A stretch of 60,435 nt of DNA, filler included, from Nemertoderma westbladi (lineage: Eukaryota > Animalia > Xenacoelomorpha), in assembly GCA_032718475.1 (NCBI GenBank). It is 4 parts of 4 records of this genome, joined end to end, with 100 filler letters (N's around TTAATTAATTAA, not from the genome) between each part and the next. Parts side by side here need not be neighbours in the genome. Positions count along the whole stretch, not along the records: positions 47,150 to 60,435 come from JAUCBJ010006735.1; 3 more parts are not named here. One strand, 5' to 3'. The notes under the pieces were generated by a model, which worked only from the letters and a program-made list of their open reading frames with translations, made no database searches and had not been told where the DNA came from. The translations under genes were made by a program, and so were the position numbers. This document shows positions 51,173-60,435 of the stretch, in pieces (positions within the stretch are counted from its first letter, which is position 1; every line of letters begins with the position of its first letter).

Positions 51173-52483
51173 AATTAACTACTACTATACGTACAGTACT
51201 GACTAATGTACAAAAACATAACTACTGTACTGTACCGTAAGGTGGATAGATCGTCGGTCTTACTAGAGTTCGTGAGTTCGAGCCTCAGAAACGGAACAGC
51301 CGAGTATTCGTTACATAGATGAATCAAATGTAAGTTAGTTTCTACTCCAACTTCTATTTTACATATTCATTTTACAACTGGCGGAACAAGTTTTCAATAG
51401 GAAATGAGAGTGAATTAAAAATCTTTGTAACCGTAAAGAAATATGGTTTTCTTAATAAACTTTGATGCTCCACATGTCAAGTAAATGTAACTAATTTAGA
51501 TGATATCAGAATAAAGATAAAATTAGAGTTAAAAATGAAAACATTCAATAATTGTATATCATGATTAACAACATGGCCAATATAATTATTCTTTATCAGG
51601 ATTAATATTGTTGTAGTTTTATGCGCCACCTGGCGGTGTCTTTCTTTACAAATCCCACTCATTGACTCTCGATTTAGCTGATCGCACGTTCATAGTATTA
51701 CACAAAACTTGGATTCGGTAGGTAAATTCTTGTGTTTTGTAATAAATTTAAATGTAAATCTGTCATTGTTTTTAGCCAAAGTATCTATACTAGAAGCAGC
51801 TCTGTAAATGGCGTTCGTTGCAGCCGTGGGGTCACATTGGTATACAGCCGCACTGACGTCTGCGGTTGCTGTTAAAGCAGCCAATGATGACAACCGAATC
51901 TTCCGAGAACGAATTCTTTCAAGCCGTGGTATAACTATTTCCACTGTCGCTTGAGTCATTGTCATGGCAGCAATAGAACCTGCCAGTTTATCAACTTGAC
52001 ATAAGAATTCTTCTTCTTTTTGCTTCTGAAAAACAACATAACACATTTCGTTTGGAAATATTTAAATGTTGCCAGAGTTTATTGCAAATCATCATAATTG
52101 ATACACTATAACTGTTTGTTTACGTTTACTGTCTGTACTTATTGACCTATATGGCCACCCACGGATTGATCCAGACTGCCCGACTCCACTGTCTGATATA
52201 CCGAACATGGATGGACTAACTCACCTCTCTCTCGTAATCTCGCAGATCCCAACTCAATCCAATCATTTGCTTGGTTGGTTTTCTTTTTTGATTTTCATTA
52301 TCTGATAGGTTTGTATTTATAATTTCTTGTGGTTCATTTACTGTGGGGTTGTTCCACAATCCAGGAACATCTGAAACTATAAAGGTTAGCTAATTTTATA
52401 TTTGTAACAATTATTAATCTTTATTTAAAATTTATTCGCTTTGCGAGTATTAATTATCCTACTGAGTAGCCCGTAGTATCCTA

Positions 52484-53339
52484 CTACTATAATCGGCCTG
52501 CTACATTGAAGCCGCACATTGAGATGCTATGCTCGCTTAACAAAATATTTTTGCCGCCACCATGCAATCCACAATTGTCAAACCCAATGTTGTGTGCATT
52601 AAGAATGCTATGCCGGCTTATCAACAAAGTTGCACCGCCACAACTCCGTAGATCCTGCGGGAATTCCGTAAGATCATCCGCATGTCCAAGGCCAGTGTAC
52701 TTTAAGATGCGTCTCAAGAAAGTCATGGGCTGTCCACCATGCTTATTCACTCCATGAGGCTGCCAAAGTACAAGATTATGCACTGGCTGGTCCTCACGGT
52801 GAAAGCAATGTCGTTCAAAGCGGAGCCGGCTTTGTTCTAGTGTCAAGCTTGGGGGAACCAATGAGACACCTCCAATGTTATATAGTGTCTGGTTGGAGAT
52901 ATGTGCATTGTACTTGACACAATGAACCCGGCGTAGCATTCTTGTGAATGTGCCATCCAGAGATTTGGTGTCCTCAGCAGTTAGAGCCCATCATGGACTC
53001 CCATAGAGGAGTACTGGAACTGCTGCTGCTCTAAATAATCGGACCTTAAGTTTCCGATTAATTCTCGGTGACTTCCAAATCCTGGAAAGCCTATTCAAGG
53101 CTGCCCATCGCTTTCCCTTACGTATTCGAAGGTCCTCACCTGACTTCCGGATCCATAATCCCAGGTAACAGAAAGTCGTCCACTCTTTGAACTTATGCTC
53201 ATACGATCAGACATTTCCTGAGAACTTTCAAAGTTAACTGTCGAAATTGTGGTCTTATTGGAGTTAACAAAAAGACCAACACTAGAAGAAACCTGTTCTA
53301 ATGAGCTGATGAGAAGTTAGGCTCCCTCTAGTGATTCTA
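52484..53339 (-). mobile_element. RTE LINE 3' fragment (intronic)
   Basis: LFRAAAVPVLLYGSP.W, MLRRV, RLRF..HC and a (TAG)n tail. Confidence 0.9.
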
Positions 53340-55279
53340 CATATTATCCTACATAAGCTAAAACTTAAACGACATTTCATTACTCCAGATGCACATATTT
53401 CATCCGACTGTTCTAGAATAATAAGGAATATACCAATCACTACATACACTTATTTCAATTACTACACACATACACTCTACCTGAATGATAAGTTACTATA
53501 TAGAAAATTGACTTCCTGAAAACAATGTATAATCTATTTATACAATTAATTATACGTGATAGATAACCAACCTGCAAGTGTCTGCAACCAGTCAGTCAGG
53601 GATTTGTCGGTCGACATATCGGGGAATATTGAGCGAACATCGAGTATCCATGAGTCATCAAGCAGACAGGTAGTAACCAGGTTGCTACCTGATTGGATGG
53701 CGTCTATACAGTCTGATAGTGGGAACGCCAGTGAAGGTGTTTGCTCGTCTTCCCGTTGGTAGAAACATGGACTGGGGTACAAGTCAACCTAGAAAGTAAT
53801 AAAAGACCACAAGCACTGCAGTACTGTAGTCAACATTTGTCGCTTTCTGTTGCAACAATTTTGCTCGTATTGTTTCTAAATTCGCAGATCAAACTGATTA
53901 TACCGTATTAGAACAACTTTGATTCCCATTGGAATAATAATGTATTAACTACTTTAAACCCAGTAGAAGTTTAAGCCTAAATTGCTACAAAGTTTGAGAT
54001 GCAGTATTTTTTACAGACCTTTACATAGATGCCTTTGTAATCGCTCAAACATCGGAAGATGTTTACAAGAAACCTGCTAAGAATTATCAACATATGGTGC
54101 CATCCATGACAACTGTTGTTGTCGTCTATTATATGGAGACGCCCAGAAACTTCTAACTTATTGCACTCATTATTGACGTTTATGTAAATCGATATCTAAT
54201 CCAGAACAAATAAAGATATTATAATTATTATTAACTATTTATGAAGTTTTAATGGAATTTAATGGAATTTTAATGGAATTTTACATTGTAATTATTAGCC
54301 TTTTCTATGATTATATATTAATTTGGTTGGGTTTACAGTGGAAACTTATGTCAGTAAATGAATGGGCATGTCTGTCCTGTGTGATGTGTGAATGATGTGT
54401 GAATCTATAATTACGACTACTTTTCGCGCTTGATACTCCGCCGTTCACCTTGACCAAAATTCATTGATATTGTACGACACTTGCAGTTTAAGTGATAATA
54501 ATTATTTTCCGCAATGTTATTGGAACTGATTATAACTATTTTCCATCAGCAGGTCTCTTTATGATGAATTGGTGCGGTATTATGATACCGGGGCTTTATA
54601 ACGGATTTAAATGAATGAATGTTCCAGGAACGTACATCAATGTATTTCTTGTTTAGTTTAGTTATTAACATTAATTTTTATTTAAATTGTGGTACAGGAG
54701 AATACCGAGATAATTAATGAAATAAAATATCTAACCTCACCAAACTTGGCAAACAGTCCAACATTCCAAAAGTGATAGTAATTGGAATTTTCGAGGCAAC
54801 AAAAACACGAGAATACGATATGTTCTGGAAGGCCGAATACTGGAAGGTTCAGAGGAAAATTTATTTGCCAAGACAGCTGGAGATCATCTGCAAGAGGCTG
54901 TGGCGTCCAGTTGAGTTTCTAGAAAGTACACTATCCTATTGTAGTCCTATTGTACTATCATGGTAGGCCTAATAATGATATATTATCAAAAATATAGAAG
55001 TTGCTATATTACAACAATATTCATCTGGAACAAGCAATAGTGATTGCAATTTTGTCCCGGTTGATAATATAGACACATTCAAATACGATCTGTAGTATTT
55101 ATTCAAGAGCAGCACTGTCAATCTGTGAGAACGTATTCACAGTGATCCATCGGTTATATGCGGTGCCAGACTACGGAGTGCATGGGAACAACCTAAGTAA
55201 CAAAACAATCCGACACAACAACGGGGAGATGAGCAACTAGTAAAGACATTTTTACTGATTTCCTTGTATGTACCCTATA

Positions 55280-55442
55280 CACCATGTCCTGGAATATAGT
55301 GTCGTTATTCTGGTACATGGACCCCCCCCCCCCCCAAAAAATCTCATTAAGATTTTTAGAAAAAAAATTTTTTTTGGGGGAGGTGTGGGGGGGGGGGGGG
55401 TCCATGTACCAGAATAACGACACTGTATTCCAGGACATGGTG
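55280..55442. mobile_element. Palindromic TA-flanked MITE
   Basis: TA-CACCATGTCCTGGAATA...TATTCCAGGACATGGTG-TA. The same terminus occurs at 21353. Confidence 0.85.
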
Positions 55443-56026
55443 TATATATATAGTTAATATACTGTAATTAGGAATAACTTATAAATGGAATCCAATTACA
55501 GGTCCGTTGTTATCCATTAATCCTCGTAGTGGAATGTAGAACTTCTTGGTCCAGCTGAGGTTGCTGGGATTAGTTGTCATGGTATCAAACTGTCCCATTT
55601 CGTTTATATTCAGAGAACTGAGAAAAATATAAATCTTTGTGTAATAATAAATGAATTGAACCGCTTGGAATAAAACAAACTTTATACGAAGTAACTAAGA
55701 AAAGGGGTAAACGAAGGGCTGGTTTCTACGCACCTTTCCTTTGTTTCAACTAATATACCGAGATTTAGCATCAATTCCTCCATTAATTCAACCTGTTTGT
55801 CATTTAAACTTCCGTTGTTCCATAAAATCTTCAACATTGATTCTCGAACGACACCTTCTTTAGTTACTTCGTTAATATATTCGGATAGAAACATCGACAG
55901 TTTAGGTTTCATTGATTCCTAAAAATATTGTTGATTTTATGAAATGGATCCACGGAATTTTAGCACGAGCCACATAATATTTTATGAAATGGACCCATTT
56001 GGTGGAGCGAGGGTTTATTTGAACGC

Positions 56027-57005
56027 TACTACTAGGATAGGCATGCTGCATTGCAGCTGGATTTTTAAGAATGCTGTGCCGGCTTGTCAACAAAATTGCG
56101 CCGCCACAACTCCCTATCACCTATGACATTTGCTAGATCATTACGCTAGATCATTATGCACTGGCTGGTCCTCACGGCGAAAGCAATGTCCTGCAAAGCG
56201 GAGGCGATTTTGTTCTAGTGTCAAGCTTGGGGGAACCAATTAGACACGTCCAATGTTATATAGTGTCTGGTTGGAGATGTGTGTATTGTACTTGATACAG
56301 TGAACCCGGCCTAGCATTCTTGGAATGTGCCATCCAGAGATTTGGTGTCCTCAGCAGTTAGAGTCCAGTATTGACTCCCATAGAAGAGTACTGGAACTAC
56401 TGCTGCTCTAAATAATCGGACCTTAAGTTTCCAATGAATTATGTGACTTCCAAATCCTGGAAAGCCCATTCAAGGCTGCCTATCCTTTCCCTTACGTATT
56501 CGAAGGTCCTCACCTGACTTCAGGATCCATGATCCCAGGTAACGGAAGTCGTCCACATGCTCAAGCATGTGGTCCTTTGAGCTTATGCTCATCCGATCAG
56601 AGACTTGCTGAGAACTTTCAAAGATAACTGTCAAAATTTTGGTCTTTCTGGAGTTAATAAAAAGACCAACACTAGAAGCAGCATGTTCTAATGAGCTGAG
56701 GAGCCGTTGGGCTCCCTCTAGTGATTCTGAGAGTACTCCTAAGTCATCAGCAAAGTCTAGATCAGTTAGGTACTTGGCAGGATTTCCTCGACTTCTGGAG
56801 CCAGTAGGTGGAGTTATCATCACCTCATCATCATTATGATGATCTAAGGACATGCGTAGAACATAGTCAACCACAATTATGAACAAGAATGGTGCAAGTG
56901 TGTCTCCCTGGAGGACGCCCCATAACACTTCAAATGGTTCTGTGTCACCGTCAACAGTAGACACAAAATGTTGTCGAACTATCGTATACTGATCTCATTG
57001 CTGCA
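56027..57005 (-). mobile_element. RTE LINE fragment (intronic)
   Basis: GVLQGDTLAPFLFIIVVDYVL, DLDFADD, VDDFRYLGS. Confidence 0.92.
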
Positions 57006-57240
57006 ATCGCACTCACTCTCGCCGTAGTAACATTTAATGACAGACTTTCTACTTGAGTGGTAATATTAATTTAACTGCTTACGTTTGCCGAATACAACCG
57101 GTTAGCCCCAAGGAAACACGCCCTATTTATATCTTCAGAGTGTAAATGGCACATCGATTTTAGTAGCAATGGTGTGTCAATGCAAATAAATGTTTCGTGT
57201 TGATGAGAGTCTGAAATGAGCCCTAACTCTGGAATCTTAA

Positions 57241-57838
57241 ACAGAGATACCACGCCCTAAATAATAATAAAAATAATTAAACAGAGATACCACGCCCTAA
57301 ATAATAATAAAAATAATTAAACAGAGATACCACGCCCTAAATAATAATAAAAATAATTAAACAGAGATACCACGCCCTAAATAATAATAAAAATAATTAA
57401 ACAGAGATACCACGCCCTAAATAATAATAAAAATAATTAAACAGAGATACCACGCCCTAAATAATAATAAAAATAATTAAACAGAGATACCACGCCCTAA
57501 ATAATAATAAAAATAATTAAACAGAGATACCACGCCCTAAATAATAATAAAAATAATTAAACAGAGATACCACGCCCTAAATAATAATAAAAATAATTAA
57601 ACAGAGATACCACGCCCTAAATAATAATAAAAATAATTAAACAGAGATACCACGCCCTAAATAATAATAAAAATAATTAAACAGAGATACCACGCCCTAA
57701 ATAATAATAAAAATAATTAAACAGAGATACCACGCCCTAAATAATAATAAAAATAATTAAACAGAGATACCACGCCCTAAATAATAATAAAAATAATTAA
57801 ACAGAGATACCACGCCCTAAATAATAATAAAAATAATT
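57241..57838 (-). repeat. 40-bp tandem array (15 copies) of a splice acceptor plus exon start
   Basis: Minus-strand unit TTAATTATTTTTATTATTATTTAG|GGCGTGGTATCTCTGT. Only the last copy runs into the exon. Confidence 0.93.
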
Positions 57839-58526
57839 TTCGATATACGTAATGGAAAGTTACATAAGTGATATTTATTACCAGTGATATTACAAGATAT
57901 TACAAGTGGAGGGATATGAGTTTTATTGTGAAAAATCTATCAATATTATATTGCAATGCTGGACGTTTCCCTTACTCGATAGTCTTGTAATGTGAACCAA
58001 TATTGTAATGACAGGGGGGGAGTGTTAGTGAAGTAATCCCAATCTAATAAGCGGTGTAATAAGCCAGAATACGTGACATAATAAGTGACATGATTAAGAG
58101 AGTAACAACCGAGGATGAGATATTGGCTACAAAGTGAGTAATGGTGTGACATGAGTACAAAGCCATTGAAAAGTTGTGAACGCATATTGGGGCCCAAAAT
58201 CGAGTGTTAAATATGTATTTAAAATATAAATAAACAGGTAAACAATAGAGTCTTACACAATAAAAAAAACACAGAATCAGGACATTACGCCCAAAATAGT
58301 ACTCGGCCCTCGTGCCATCGACAAACCACAAAAATACAAACAAAAAAACGACATAAACAAAAAACAACAAACAAAAATCAAATATATTAAATATGCTCAA
58401 CATACAGGTATGTCTCACGCAGTTGTCGCAAATTCTGCTCTACTTTATGAAATGATTTACCTGTTTATTTATTTTTTATATCTATAACTAGCCCCTGTTA
58501 GTCAGGATGTCGCGTACGACCTTTAA

Positions 58527-60090
58527 CCCTATTAGTACCGGGCTATAAAATGTTGTACAAATACCGGGGGGGGGGGGGGGGTCATATTGACACCCCCACC
58601 CCTCTAAAATCTACAAATATTTACGAAAACGTCTGATTTTTTGTTTGTACGTAGGTATCACTTGTCTGGATCCGACCGAAAAAATTTTTTTCGAAAAAAT
58701 GTACTGGGGTGGTTATATTGCAGCACCAAAATTACAAGTAGTGCACAATTTTCACCAAATTTGAAAGTTACATTTTCGGCTAATTATTTTTCAATACAGG
58801 TTTTCTGGGGTGCAAAATACATTGGAAAATATTAAAAAATGATATGATTCCTCTAAATGGCTGTTTAGTCCTCTCTGCGTAGGAAAAAAATGAAAAAGCA
58901 AGTAACCAGCACTTTTCAGTTAGAACACAAAATTTTTAATTCACTTATACGATGCTATAAATTCACATTTTCAGGTTTTCGAGGGCGCTGATTCTAATGG
59001 AATACATTTCTAATATGCCAGATCATTGCTACTTGTATTTTTCGGCGTAATTTGGCAAATTTTGGTGCTAGCACCAAATTTCGTACCCATCACCAAAAAG
59101 TACAAGTTTGCGATGTCCAGTGCTGTTTTTATTGATTCCATCGGATTCAGGACCCTCATAAACCCGTATAACGTAAGAAACAAGGTGATACAGTACTATC
59201 TACTTATCAATTTGCATATTTTCCAAAATTTGGTGCTGGCACAACAATTTTCACCCACCGGCGAAAAATACAAGTTTGAGAACTCTTATGAAATTTTTAC
59301 CGATTCCATTGAATTCAGAACCATCACAAACCCGTATAACGCAAGAAACAAGGTGACACAATCAATTGATATATTTGATGGTTTTCAAAATTTGGTGCTA
59401 GCACCACATTTTGCACCCACATCCGAAAAATACAAGTTTGAGATGTCTAGTTCGATAATTATATTTTCCATTGAATTCAGAACAGCCATAAACCTCTAAA
59501 ACACAAGAAATAAATTGTCACAAGCAATTTTATCTATATGATGGATTTTCAAAATTTCGTGCTAGCACCAAAATTTGCACACAGCACCGAAAAATACAAG
59601 TTTGATACGCTTGGTGCAACTCGTATATATTTCATCGAATCCAGAAACCCAAAAAACCCCAATTGCGTAAAAAACAAGTTTCAAACGATCAATTTACAAA
59701 ATTGACTTATTTCAAAATTTGGTGCTGGCACCAAAATTTGGCACCCACCGAAAAAAACAAGTTTGAAATTTCTAAATCAATTTATATGAATTCCATCAAA
59801 TTTCTAACACCAAAAAACCGGAGTAAATCAAAAATAGAGATGTTACCATTCATATTTAATGAAATGTAATTTTCAAAAAACGTCTCAAAAAAAGTGCTAA
59901 AAGTAGGGTTAAAAAATGGTGCTATAACTCGAAAAGTACCCAATATTTTTGAAAACGGTTTTCACTACTAGGAAGACAATAGATTTTTAGGAAAAGTCAT
60001 AAAATTTCAGATTCCCAACTGTGTTTGTTTCAGAATTATAATAAAAAAACCACGGGGGGGGGGTCATATTGACCCCCCCCCCCCGGGTTA
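58527..60090. mobile_element. Non-autonomous piggyBac-like element with internal repeats
   Basis: TTAA-CCCT left end, GGGGTCATATTGAC(A/C)CCCC at both ends, and a recurring TTTGGTGCT(A/G)GCAC motif. Confidence 0.6.
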
Positions 60091-60435
60091 TTAAATATGT
60101 ATTGGCAGACCGAACAATGATGAAATACCTCCTGTATTGATGTAATCAAGGCGTTGGATGTAATACAGTAAGGATAATCAATACATTTGGTTATTTGTTC
60201 CGGTAGAAAGGGACTATTAGTACATAGAGGGAAATACCAGGGCACTCACGGCTAAGAAAGAAGTAGCTAGTAATTTGTATAAAACAGGTGAAGGTGTAAC
60301 CTATATTAGATATTAGTCAGGTGGTAATTATTGAGGTGTATGTATAATATTATGTTTTTGGTCTAGTACTTTTTTCCATTGGTGCATTTCTACAATAAAT
60401 GTCACCTTACCTAATTACTCTCTCCTACTTACATA

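Larger units (their letters stand above)
51690..58000 (-). pseudogene. Multi-exon Roco/COR-domain-like gene, apparently degenerate, ending in CaaX (CVIL*); exons about 57256-57083, 55918-55660, 54920-54737, 54196-54019, 53788-53572, 52376-52225, 52025-51690
   Basis: COR-like segments GVVSLF..FICIDTPLL, EGVVRESMLKILW..MEELMLNLGIL..YFV*SL, and W..INFPLNLPVFGL..HFWNVG. The last three exons have clean phase-compatible GT-AG sites. There is a premature stop at 55682 and a frameshift near 54100. Confidence 0.55.

Noticed and set aside
59026-59499. 157-aa ORF
   Set aside because: It lies in the internal repeats of a non-autonomous element and has no transposase motifs.

Overview
This is AT-rich eukaryotic (animal-like) genomic DNA made of four contigs joined by artificial 100-bp N linkers containing TTAATTAATTAA. 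Genes: a two-exon UBA2/SAE2, three 5' exons of an epsin, a degenerate multi-exon Roco/COR-like gene ending in CaaX, and an intronless fascin-like trefoil plus beta-pore-forming-type protein whose signal-peptide region is broken by a perfect fold-back. A cryptic ALDH3 pseudogene is missed by the ORF track. Most other sequence is transposon-derived: a TTAA-flanked DDE transposase element, RTE LINE fragments, tRNA-SINEs, a probable solo LTR family and many MITE/foldback elements. Two patterns stand out. First, clustered 8-bp scars (5-bp duplication around CAG/CTG) occur together with non-autonomous elements that have CAG...CTG ends and 5-bp target duplications, the likely source. Second, three tandem arrays have a unit that is an exon end plus its splice site.
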